Shown here piece after piece: positions 1 through 10,897 of a stretch of 64,000 nt of DNA (position 1 is the first letter of the stretch; every line of letters begins with the position of its first letter). Position numbers and translations under genes: made by a program. The notes under the pieces were generated by a model that made no database searches, had not been told where the DNA came from, and worked only from the letters and a program-made list of their open reading frames with translations. Source of the DNA: Monocercomonoides exilis PA203 (taxonomy: Eukaryota > Protista > Preaxostyla); NCBI GenBank assembly GCA_001643675.2, contig LSRY02000005.1, forward strand, positions 868,001 to 932,000. Direction: 5' to 3'.

Positions 1-1510
1 CAGCTTTTTCTTTTTCTTTTTTTATTTTTCTTTCTTTCATTTATTTATTCATTCATTCTTTCTTTCCTTTTGAGAAATCTTGGAATTAATAATATATTTA
101 TCAATTAATATTTTGGGAAAATGATTATCACTGTCAATTTCAATGTATTGATACAGTCTTCCCTTTCCTCGAATATCTCAACATATTGTGCATTATTGTT
201 GTTTTAAATTTTGAAGATAAAAACAAAAGAATTCATGATAATTAATTTATGAACTGATGATGATAAAATTTTCAAATATTAAAAATTTTCTTCATTCAAA
301 TAACCATTGCATGATCCAAATATCAAACGATGAAATATTACACTTTTTCGGTTTTTCGCACTTCTCAATGAAATGATCATTTGACATAATAGATAAATTG
401 TGAAATAAAAAAATATTTCAAAATATAACGTTTATTTCAAGATCCCCCAGTAATTTTAAATTAAAGGCAGTGTTTTTAAGAAAAACTAGTTTTTTTCAAT
501 TGTGACCTGACAGTCTTGCATTTATCAAAAAAACATTTTTCACAGGTCGAAGACAAAAACACATCAACAAATGATGTTATGTAATATCTTTCACAAAAAA
601 AGCATTTTTGAGTAAGTTTTTCCAATATTTTGATCATTTTCATTCGAACCGGAAATTGAATCGTTTTCAAATAATGATGAATTAAATAAATAACACAAAT
701 GTTCATTGAACATTTCCATCCATTGATAAGAAGGTTTTTTCTTATATCTGTTGAGTTTTGCTTTTTTGGTATTATGAACTTTCTGTATTTTTGTGAAACA
801 ATGAAATAATCAAAAACTATTGGTTCACACTTAATTTATAAACAACATTAAACCTCATCATAAACATATAAAACTTATTTTACGAAATTTTCATTGATTA
901 ATATTTATTTATGTGAATGATCAAATTGTTTTTAATATTTTTCTGAATATATTGGATGAAAACATAAATGCATTCAAAAACTGAGTGACAACAACTGCTT
1001 ATATCTGTTGAAAAATGTTTTCTATTAATATCGTTTTCTTTCTTTCAAGATTTCTCTCATTTTGTTTTTGAAAATAGATTTTGAATCTTTCTGAATGCCA
1101 CGCTTTTGCCAAAATAAAAGATATTCAAAATACAAAATATTCAGCTGGTATGAAACAGTTATCGAATGAAATATAGAATTTAATTAAAATTTCTTTCTTT
1201 TTTTATGAAAACAATAACTTTTTGAGTTTGAACTTAGTATAAGGAACTGCAGAAACAGAAATTTTCAGTATGAAAAGACTGATTGATCTTTGTGAAGGTT
1301 TCTTTTCCCTGAGCTCCTGATTCAAATCAATATATCTTTTGATTTGTATGGTTGGTCTTTTGAAAGTTGTTTTAGCAGAAAGAGGAAAATAATTAAACTC
1401 AAAAAGAAATGGAATTATCAAAACTGATGTTGAGTAATATCGATACGTGGAAAGTTTGTAATTAAATTATTACAATTCATATATTTTTCTTACTCGTTGT
1501 TCATAAGGAT

Positions 1511-2258
1511 GTTGAACAAGAATTGTATTTGAAGGAGATGGCAGAAACCGTCCAAAATTATCAAGAACACCACTTCACGAAGCGCCTTGTCTATCAGTCT
1601 GTTTGGCAGTTTTTTACAGGCAGGGTCCCCTGTGAAAGAGGTTTGGAAGAACTTGTCCCCAATGAGATGCATTTTGCTACAGAGGTAGGAATAGATTTGT
1701 CAGAGTTTGTGAAGTGCGCAAATTAGAAGAAGAACGGAAATGTGAAATGGGTAAAATAAGACAAGATTGGCACCGAGATGACTCATTGCATTGAAGCCTG
1801 ATGCCCACTAATGCTGTGAGAAGAATGAAGAATCTAAAGTGGTTATGGGCATCATTGCGAGAGTGTTGAGGGAAGCGAAGAGTGATGATGGAGAAATCGG
1901 AAAGCAATGGATGAAAACTCTCCAAGGCGCAGTGGATAGCCAAGATTTGAAAGCTGAAGGCTTGCCGGAAAGCGGAGCGGTCGATGCAGTTTTGGAGGGA
2001 ATGATCTGATCAGATGCAGCAAAAGTGTGACTTGCGGATGAATTAAAGCTTCTCAGAAATCTTTGTGAAATGCTGAAAGAAAAGATGGAGAGTGAAAGCC
2101 TAAACGCAAAACTGAAAGAGAAGAAAAGAGGGTTATTGAAAAAGACGGAAGAAGAAGGGAACAAAGAATACATTGCTGTGAATGGCGATTTATTTGTAAA
2201 TGGATTGTTTTTTCAAACGAATAACTATATACAAAGTTGTTCGTTTCTGAGTAACTGA
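1511..2258 (+). pseudogene. Decayed copy of a lineage-expanded helical hypothetical protein family
   Basis: The fragments LYLKEMAETVQNYQEHHFTKRLVYQSVWQF...LEELVPNEMHFATE and ESGAVDAVLEGM*...KLKEKKRGLLKKTEEEGNKE are broken by stops and frameshifts. By recall they resemble a highly multicopy Monocercomonoides family. Ends approximate. Confidence 0.6.
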
Positions 2259-2699
2259 TTTTTATTATTTTCTTTTCATTTGACTTGAGAAGAACATTCG
2301 ATTGCCTGAATTTCAAAGAAATATTTTTACTTGAAAATCGTCTGTTAAAAAACAATAACATAAAAATTACGAGTCTTTTATAGTATTTGGAATCTTAAAA
2401 AATTCATTAAAACAACACTTTTCATAAATGAGAAATGAAACTTTTCACTTTGAACTTTCAAAAGTGAAAAAAAATTACAATCATGTTTTGAGAAATCATC
2501 AATGCTTGTGAAAAGTATTTTTTTTTTCAAAAACATTCCAAAGAATTGAGAATTTTGAAAAACGTAATAATATAGGGACTTCAAAGCTTCTGTGGCCTTT
2601 TTTTGCTTTTTTTGAACAGAATTTTTTCATCTTAGTTGAACTTGCGTAAATTGAATTTTGTTACCTCTATGATCAGTCGTTAAGTGCCTGCGCGTCGCT

Positions 2700-3800
2700 T
2701 CACTTCATTCACAGCAGACTTAACAATTTTCCCACGACTTCTATCATTGAACTCTCAATCTTCTTTTGGAATGCTCCGTGAATGAAAAGTTCCCAGTTTC
2801 TGTAAGCTCCATTCCCGCATTAGATGAATAACTTGTCGTTGAATTTCAATCAATCTTTTCGAAATTCATTCCCAAATGGTTTGTCGATAATCTGCACACT
2901 TCTTCTAGTTTTGATGATGAGGAAGACAAAGAAAGAGAATTCGTCCCAATCACACTCACTGTCTTCGCTTTCGCAACAACAGAAATCTTCTTTTCCACAA
3001 CACTGATTGTTGTCCCTTCGCTCACATGCTTCCCACCCAGCAACGTGATTGTCGAGCTCAGCCCCAATGCACATGTCCATAACGCATGCTCCACTGTCTT
3101 GCAAGGTGTTGCCTCACTCATCCCACACAGATTGCTCGAGTCATCCCCACCCACCCCAACATACCGATCTTTCATCCCTTCTTTCAACCACCCCTTCTTT
3201 TCTGTATGCTGATATGTCCAACTGCCTGAATAATATCTATGGCACACTCTCGTATCATTGTTATTCGTTGTATACGATTCGTAGAATGGGTTAGCCGATG
3301 AAAAGAGATTGTAATAATCTTGGAAAAACACATCGTGGCCATATGGAGTGGAAGCGTTGCAACTGCAGTCATGAAAGAAGAGAAATAACAATAATTGTAA
3401 TTGCTTGAAGCTGTTTGTTGGTTTGGATTAAACCAAAATCCTCCTCCATATGATGCTGCCAAACACGAAATAAATTGGAAGATCCTCATTTTGAATGAAG
3501 ACTTAACATTGAAACTGCGCATTTCTCCTCCATTTGAACATGAAAGTATGCATGAAGAAAATGAGCGCTCAAATATTCAAACTCTCTCCCCTTTCCCATT
3601 CACAATTCCGAAACAGATTTTCTGATCTGAAAATTTTCGAGAATAAGTCGTTTTTCGTAGCTTCTTTAAATGTTAAATTTTCATACAATTGCGAAAATGG
3701 GAACTTCGAAAAAATATGCAGATTGTTCTCCATTTCATCAGCACATTAACATTTCTTCTTTCAACTTATTTCGCTCTTCAAATTTTGCATTTCATCATCA
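2700..3800 (-). pseudogene. Frameshifted fragment of a large surface/adhesin-like (beta-helix-type) multigene family
   Basis: Contains GGDDSSNLCGMSEATPCKTVEHA (GxDxxxCGxxxxPCxT) and SCLAASYGGG-type repeats split across ORFs 3184..3522 and 2846..3391, with stops on either side. Ends approximate. Confidence 0.65.
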
Positions 3801-4757
3801 TATGCCCGAATTTTCATAAATATCATCTTATCTTATTGACGTATTTAGCGCATTTCATAACGTATCAAGTCCTTTAGTTGGAATTTCAAGCTATCTTTTT
3901 TCATTACAGACCATAACTGTTTGACAAGAAAAAATCAAAAAAGATTTTGTGAGGGAAATTATGCGAAATAAAAAATACTCCTAATATGTTATCCACATAT
4001 TTATTTTGACGAAAGAAGATCATAATGTAATGTTGAGATTATTATTCGAAAATCTTGATAATTGACAAAACACTTGATTAGAACTGAATTAACAATTTCA
4101 AGCATGATGAACATTTGATGTTTGAAACAAACAATTTATGTCAAGACAAATAATTATGGACATATTTGTTATTCAAACATAAAAAACCCATTCAAAACAA
4201 ATATTTTTTAAAAACTTTGAAAATGCTTTAATTTTAAAAAATATCTCGATAAAAATGAAACAAATGCAAATTGTGAATTTATTGGTATCTAATTCTTCAC
4301 AAGTATGATAATTTTCATAGATTTAAAAAACGGCCAGTAAATTTAAGTTTTTTACACGATTATTTCAAAATAACTGAGTCAATTCAAAATTCGTGGCTAA
4401 AACTTGAAATAACACAAACTTTTTGAAATGACCAATTTATTTCACATTTTATCTAATAAAATTGTCTTTTTTTTCTTTTCTGTATTTATTTTTTGATAAT
4501 TAATCTTTTGTTTTCATGTGTTTCTGTCATCATTTTATAATCTGCTCATGTTTAATTCATTCAATCTTTTTTTAAATAATAAGAAAATTATTTTGATAAG
4601 AATTTTTTTGTAAGGAAAAAGTCCATTGTTTTTTTTTTGAAATTGAAAATGCTAAAAATAATTAGTATTTGTCACATTATGCTTGGTGGAGAGAAATAAT
4701 GTTTTCATGTTAAAAATTGAAAAGTTTTGATCTAAATCATAATAATTTCCATTGAAA

Positions 4758-5595
4758 ATGGAATCACACTTCCAGTATTGCAGACTTCTTCAATGGACTT
4801 TAATCAATGCTACTTTAAATGACACTATAAATGCTCAGGTGAAGCTTGTCTTTTGATTTTTTTTTACTGTTTGTTATTTTGAATTTAAAAAGGAGGAATA
4901 TTTGTCTCGAGTTTTTTCATCGATAACAACTCATCTTAGTTTTGAGCAATCAGAGGTTTTTGGAATGAAATTAATAGGATCCATTGCAAAGCAGTTAAAC
5001 ATGATACTTGCTACCATAACTTCGCAAATTGAGATTTTATTCCAACAAACAAATTCTTCGACTTTTGAAAAATCTCCCATTCAAATAAGGCAAGCACCAA
5101 CATCAGCGACGGAACTTACCGATCATTCATTTCTTTTGCAATTTGAATCATTAACGCATTCAATTGAAATGCTGCGAATTGCATTGAAAGAAAATTTAAA
5201 TAAAATCCCTGATGAAGGACTTATTTTTAACAAGAACGAAATTATGGAATCGTTAAAGCAACTTTCTGTTACACTTGAACAATTATTTCCTGAAATAATC
5301 GGTAGTTTACAGACAACTGAAAAATCAATACAAATGGATAATTCATCAGAAAAAATTGAAGAATTGGCAGCAGCATCGGAATATCTTTCCGACAAAATAA
5401 TAAAAGAAGTTGTTTCAATAAATGAAAACGAAAATGTTTGTTAATTTTATTTATTTTTATAAAAAAATATATCTGATTTTTTTTTTCCAAAAGATTCTTC
5501 GCGATACCGGAACAAAGCTAGGCCATACAATTTCAAAAGTTATTCAAACTGTTGATGAAACACTATCAAGTGCTATTCCATCTCTAAAAAAATGA
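4758..5595 (+). CDS. Hypothetical helical protein, 3 exons (4758-4838, 4893-5435, 5494-5595)
   Basis: ATG at 4758. Phase-0 GT-AG introns 4839-4892 and 5436-5493 join the exons into one frame with the 4902..5444 ORF. TGA at 5593-5595. Confidence 0.75.
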
Positions 5596-5723
5596 TTATT
5601 TGAAACTTTTTAAATATGTGATCCAAACCCAGTACATTGAATTGCCACTGTTAACTTCTAACTTCGCATTAAACAGAATTGATTTATGAAATCTTCAAAA
5701 ACAATCATACCAAAATTTCGTAA

Positions 5724-6341
5724 ATGTTTTTATCGATTTTCATTTTTCATTTTCATTTTATAGTTGCATCAGAATCTATTATTTCTGATTCGATCTCTTC
5801 AGCGCTTGATTGGGACTTAAAATGCAAAGTGTGCTTTTTACTGAAAATTGCTTTTTATTTTAAAGTTATTCTATATATTCTAAAGGAAGAACTTTACCAT
5901 TGCATTGAAGAAAAATTTGATTATTGTTTAAAATCTTGTGCTGGAATGATGAAAAATTTTGTTACGATGTGCGCGTCACCTGTAACTACTGATGACATTT
6001 TTAATTGTCATTCTGAATGTTCTATTTCACATTCAATTCAATGCTTTTCCGCTTTTGGATATAACCTATCACGATTTAATAATTCAACATCAGATGAAAG
6101 TGTGAATGACACAACTTCATTTGCTTTGCAGTGCCCTCTGAAAAATGGTTTCTGGAATGATTTTGCACTTGGGACCACAAATGAAGGGCATAGCAGTCAA
6201 TATCCTTATGGAGCTCCTCTTCTTGTGAAGCCTCGAGACTCAACATCACAACGACGAAAAATGATAAAACAAATAATTGGAAAAGGAGGGAGATTTCAAA
6301 TTCCTGGTTTTAACGAAGGTGGAAAATATCAATTTTATTGA
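5724..6341 (+). CDS. Putative secreted Cys-rich protein; probable in-frame intron 5829-5885
   Basis: Hydrophobic N-terminus MFLSIFIFHFHFIVAS, CX3C motifs (CLKSC, CHSEC), several NxS/T sequons, and a 57-nt GTGTGC...AAAG T-rich segment. Confidence 0.65.
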   Translation: MFLSIFIFHFHFIVASESIISDSISSALDWDLKCKVCFLLKIAFYFKVILYILKEELYHCIEEKFDYCLKSCAGMMKNFVTMCASPVTTDDIFNCHSECSISHSIQCFSAFGYNLSRFNNSTSDESVNDTTSFALQCPLKNGFWNDFALGTTNEGHSSQYPYGAPLLVKPRDSTSQRRKMIKQIIGKGGRFQIPGFNEGGKYQFY

Positions 6342-6463
6342 AATTCCATAACACATCATATTTATAATTTGATGAATAAGCCAAAAGCTCACAATTCATT
6401 AATGAAATACTTTATGGGTCGATCAAAATTGAAGAAGATTAATTTTCATTAAGAAAAGTTCGA

Positions 6464-9400
6464 ATGGAATTAAAACATACTTTTATAAACGATGATTTTC
6501 AACGAATATATGAAGAACTTGTAATTGCAGCAGAAAAATTCAATTTATTATCTTCAAATTATGAAAAAGAAAAATTAAAAATTGAGAAAATAATGAATGA
6601 TAAAATCACTCTGCAAAAAGAAAAGATAATTAACAACGAAACGCTAGAAGATTATTTTCTATATGTTCAATTAAAATTCGAAAAATCGAAGCTATTGAAA
6701 GAAATAGAAATTATTAATTCGTCACAAATTCTTCAAAGTGCAGAAGAGATATCAAAATTGTCCAAAGAATGCCAAAATAAGGATCCATCAATAAAATTAC
6801 CAAAAATTGTTGATGAAATCGAAGGTACCTTTTTTGGAGAAATAGTTGGAGAAGATGGTTTGGATGTTATTAACGATTTATGCTATGGATGCTTAGATAC
6901 AATAATGTCAAAGCCACGAATGAGATCCCTTGATGGAAGGAGAATAACATTATGCGAAGATTGTTTCCAAATTTTATCAAAATTTCATCCACAGTATCAT
7001 TTAGGTCTTAATTGTCATCAAATAGTATTTGATGAAGATTCAATGGTTGCCAAGCGATTGAATATCATCAAAAATAGCTTGAAGAACGCTTATTTTTCTG
7101 CTTCAAAAGAATATCATAACCGTCCTCTTTTTGGATTTCGGTGCTTTTCAAAGAAAAAAGGATTATTATCTTCGATAAATTGGATAAGCTATGGCGCTGC
7201 TTATAATTACGCAAGCAAAATTGCAGTTAATGTCAAAGATAGCTTAGGCGAATCTTGGCCAATAATTATTGGGATATGTATGCCTACGAGGCTTGAATTT
7301 CATATTGCAGAGTTGGCGATGATTATTTTGAGAGCTACAGTTGTTTATATTCCAAACAATGAACCTACTGAGACAATACGAGCAGTTGTTCTTAATTCAA
7401 AAGTGGACGTTGTACTTACGGTTCAGGATACAAAAAGCTGCCTTTCTGGAATTGCAATCAAAGTTATCGATATAACCAATGAGATGCCTACAATTGCAGA
7501 GGGTACAAATCAACATCCAATCGAAAAAATATCAGAAGCGAGACTTGAATGGTTGCCTTCACTTGATGCAAATGAGCCAAAAATTGATGAAAATATACGG
7601 AAAGTCTGCGAGAGAGATTACATCGTTGCTCTAACTGGTACATCTGGAACAACCGCACTTTCTTCGGTTTCGATGAATTTCTCTCGTCACTTCGAATCGA
7701 GATGGATCCAATCAATGACACCTACTGATGCTTTCCTTCCGATTATTCATTTCTTTTTTGTTTCTCCTGTAAATGTCACGGAGCGGGACATTCTGTGGAG
7801 CATCATTTACAACGGTGGTCGAGTGTTTCTTTCTGACAAGCCTCCTCAGCTAATTGAAGACATCAGCATAATACGGCCGAATTGCTTCACAGCCCCTCCG
7901 CTGGTGTGGAAGATGCTTGCGTCTCAGTCTCATTCCAGCCGAGAAATCCACAAGCTGCTTGGACATCGCATAAGAGAAATCGGAATTGGAGGAGCTGTTG
8001 TGGATGAAGAGTTGCTGCATCTTCTCAGAGACGCATATGGCTTGCCTATTGTTGATATGTACGGGACAACAGAACTTGGAGGCATTTTGGCTGATGGAAG
8101 GCCGATGGCTGGAAAGATTGTCAGACTCTTTCCAGAAGATCGGCAAAACTTTGAGTTAATTGAAGGTTCTGAAGGGTGCAGCTCTGAACCTCAATTTGGA
8201 GAGTTGTGCGTGTTGGACGATGGGAAATGGATTGCGACTGGCGACTATGCACAGCGAGTGAGCAAAGACACTTACAAAATAATAGGACGTCTTAGAACAA
8301 TGGCCAAGGCAAGCACTGGAGAGTGGATTGATACAGAAAAACTAGAGGCAATTGCGTGCGAAGTGGAAGGTGTTGAAGCAGCTGCATGCTCAGTCACGCC
8401 AAATGGACACATATTTGTTCTGTGCAATTTGCCTAACGGGAAACATGGGAAAGAGGAAGATAATTGTTCCACATGTTTGAATGACGAAGCATCTTTGCTG
8501 CGAGAAATAAAACTTCGATTAGCAGAAAAAAACGTGAAAAAGGCGCACCACCCAGAATTTGTGGTCATTGATACCGAGAAGTGGACCCCAGAGAATCATT
8601 GCATTACGGAATCGTTCAAAGTGAGGAAGGCGTTTGTTATAAGCAAAAATGGTTTCCAAATAAATAATCGTTCAAGTAAACTCAATTCTGTTGGTAATTT
8701 TGGGAGCAAAATGAAGAAAGTTGACACTGCAAAAGAATTAGAAGACGAAGAGAAAATTTCATCGAAGCAGCTATTTAACTCTTCACCATTTCTGAAAAAG
8801 ATATTGAGCATCGTATTTGTCAGTCAAATTGATTATAACACAGTTCCAATAAAAAAGCTTCGCCTTGAGTCGATTGTTCTTTCGCAGCTTTACTTTATGA
8901 CAATGACTGAATGCGAATCAAAGAAAAAATCTTGCCCGCAACTTTCAGATTCACTTGAAATGACAATCTCACAACTGGTTGATTATTTCGATTGCAAAAA
9001 TGAAGTAGAAAAAAAGCATATTGAATCTTCTAATAAAGAAATGGAATTGCCATCATCTTCGTCCTCTTCCTTACCCTCGTCTTCGTCTTCGTCTTCGATT
9101 GCATCATCTGAAAAAACTTCTGATAATCGTTCAGGCACAGAATCAAAAAGCCAACAGTTGAAGATTGAGCGCCCAGATGATCAATCAAGCAGGGATGCTA
9201 CAGATAACAGTGCAATCATAATTGACAACATGAAAAAAGAAATTGACGACTTTAAACAAATGGATTTCTTTTTGTGGAGAGATAATTCTGACGCTTCTTC
9301 GTCATCTGAATCCATGGATAAGGCGAATTCTATACTTCAGCATCATTTATATCTAACAGGATCTGGCGGTTTTATTGGGAAGCATTTTGCTGAAACAGTT

Positions 9401-10435
9401 GAAAGAAAAGAAGGAGATGTTATCACGAGAATCAAATGGAATGGCGGAGATATCACAAAGTGTGATGTCAAACAATCAAAGCATAGCAAAGGCATAGCGC
9501 ATATGGCATTCTCTGTGAGTGTATATTCTTCTTTTGACGAAATGAAAAAAGAGAGTTTTTGTTTTTTGGAATATCTCGCTAAAATAGCTATTAAAGAGAG
9601 TGGAGCTGGAAAATACAATAACATTCGAGCATTGAATTCTTCATTATCTTCTGCTTCTGCTTCTGCTACTTCTTCTTCAGATAATTTCACCGAGCAATCA
9701 AAAATTGAATCTTCAGATCATCTTCCACTTTCATCTTCTCCTCCTCTTTTGTTCACTTCAACAATAAGTGTATTTGAGTGCTGTCCTGAGGAAGCTTGGC
9801 ATGATCGACTGATTCCAATTACGGAGGAAATAAAAAAGGCATCCAGCTATGCACAGGTGAAAATATTATGCGAATATTGGCTTTCTGCTTTTTCAGAAAA
9901 AACAGGAATGAATGTTAAAGTTGTTCGCTTGCCTGAAATTTCCTTCAATAGCTTAACTGGAGTTGGCAGTCAGACGGATTGGGTTGTTCTTTTTGCGCTT
10001 GGTTGCATCGAGCTACGTTGCGTTCCTGTCGTTTATTATGGGATTGATATGCTTCCTGTAAATGTTGTTTGCGATATTCTTTATTCCATCCTTAATTCAG
10101 AGGGAAAGGGTTTTCAGCTCCAGTCTATAAGAGGTGAAGTAGTTAGCTTAACGATCTATCTCTCTTCTCTGCTGTCTCTTCTTCCCGTGCAGCTTCCATT
10201 TGAAATTATCGGAATTGATGAGTTTATAACTCGACTTAAAGATGAGCCAACAAATTCATTTTATCCTTTTTTGCCTTTTCTTCGAACGATTGGGAAGGTT
10301 GAGGCATTACCTCAATTGCGCAACGTACCACGCTCTGACCCTGACATTTTACCTCCATTTTTCACAGAAGAAACAATGAGAAAGCATGCATCTTGGCTAT
10401 GGAACTTACACGTTTCAAAGCAAAAACTCGGATAG
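6464..10435 (+). CDS. NRPS-like adenylation / carrier / thioester-reductase protein (carboxylic acid reductase-like), intronless, 1323 aa
   Basis: Adenylation motifs GTSGTT, MYGTTE, WIATGD, IIGR...GEWIDTEKLE, WTPEN...SFKVR. Carrier-like segment IKKLRLESIVLSQL...TISQLVDYF. Extended-SDR reductase motifs LYLTGSGGFIG, FTSTISV, YAQVK (YxxxK), VVRLPEI, DMLPVNVV. Confidence 0.85.
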   Translation: MELKHTFINDDFQRIYEELVIAAEKFNLLSSNYEKEKLKIEKIMNDKITLQKEKIINNETLEDYFLYVQLKFEKSKLLKEIEIINSSQILQSAEEISKLSKECQNKDPSIKLPKIVDEIEGTFFGEIVGEDGLDVINDLCYGCLDTIMSKPRMRSLDGRRITLCEDCFQILSKFHPQYHLGLNCHQIVFDEDSMVAKRLNIIKNSLKNAYFSASKEYHNRPLFGFRCFSKKKGLLSSINWISYGAAYNYASKIAVNVKDSLGESWPIIIGICMPTRLEFHIAELAMIILRATVVYIPNNEPTETIRAVVLNSKVDVVLTVQDTKSCLSGIAIKVIDITNEMPTIAEGTNQHPIEKISEARLEWLPSLDANEPKIDENIRKVCERDYIVALTGTSGTTALSSVSMNFSRHFESRWIQSMTPTDAFLPIIHFFFVSPVNVTERDILWSIIYNGGRVFLSDKPPQLIEDISIIRPNCFTAPPLVWKMLASQSHSSREIHKLLGHRIREIGIGGAVVDEELLHLLRDAYGLPIVDMYGTTELGGILADGRPMAGKIVRLFPEDRQNFELIEGSEGCSSEPQFGELCVLDDGKWIATGDYAQRVSKDTYKIIGRLRTMAKASTGEWIDTEKLEAIACEVEGVEAAACSVTPNGHIFVLCNLPNGKHGKEEDNCSTCLNDEASLLREIKLRLAEKNVKKAHHPEFVVIDTEKWTPENHCITESFKVRKAFVISKNGFQINNRSSKLNSVGNFGSKMKKVDTAKELEDEEKISSKQLFNSSPFLKKILSIVFVSQIDYNTVPIKKLRLESIVLSQLYFMTMTECESKKKSCPQLSDSLEMTISQLVDYFDCKNEVEKKHIESSNKEMELPSSSSSSLPSSSSSSSIASSEKTSDNRSGTESKSQQLKIERPDDQSSRDATDNSAIIIDNMKKEIDDFKQMDFFLWRDNSDASSSSESMDKANSILQHHLYLTGSGGFIGKHFAETVERKEGDVITRIKWNGGDITKCDVKQSKHSKGIAHMAFSVSVYSSFDEMKKESFCFLEYLAKIAIKESGAGKYNNIRALNSSLSSASASATSSSDNFTEQSKIESSDHLPLSSSPPLLFTSTISVFECCPEEAWHDRLIPITEEIKKASSYAQVKILCEYWLSAFSEKTGMNVKVVRLPEISFNSLTGVGSQTDWVVLFALGCIELRCVPVVYYGIDMLPVNVVCDILYSILNSEGKGFQLQSIRGEVVSLTIYLSSLLSLLPVQLPFEIIGIDEFITRLKDEPTNSFYPFLPFLRTIGKVEALPQLRNVPRSDPDILPPFFTEETMRKHASWLWNLHVSKQKLG

Positions 10436-10897
10436 TGAGAAAATAGAGTTATTTTTTATTGTTCAATTTATATTTTGCACAGTTTAACAAAATTTGGCAA
10501 GTGCTTATACTGTGTAGTGTAGTTGTTTGTCTTTTTCTTTTGATGTAAATTGAGAATTTTAACAATTATTTATTTGCGTTATGGAGAAATCGGTTTTGAT
10601 ATTCGTTTTTGTGTGGATATTTTTTTCAAGAAGTACAGAAAATCAGATGTTATTTCTATTTGTAAAAAAAATACCTTATAACACAAATAAGGATACAAAA
10701 AAAAAAAGCGAAAAAATTGAAATCAGTATTTGCTCATTCATTGAGAAAGCCTAAATTTTCACTAAAAAAAATAATATAAAATAAAATAAAAATAAAACAT
10801 AGCATTTTCAAAATATCATTGAAACATCATTTTCCGATTAAAAGCCAGTTTAACATTTTGAAATTAAAAATTTATCACAATCAAAACGCAATTTTCA

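Noticed and set aside
741-1011. 14-bp direct repeat cttatatctgttga at 741 and 998
   Set aside because: Two copies only, nothing element-like between them; could be chance.
4118-4180. Imperfect hairpin atgtttgaa...ttcaaacat
   Set aside because: Short and gapped; expected by chance in very AT-rich DNA.
6464-10435. Calling the A-T-R gene LYS2 or a peptide-making NRPS
   Set aside because: The A domain is of the acyl/CAR type and there is no condensation domain, so no gene symbol was assigned.
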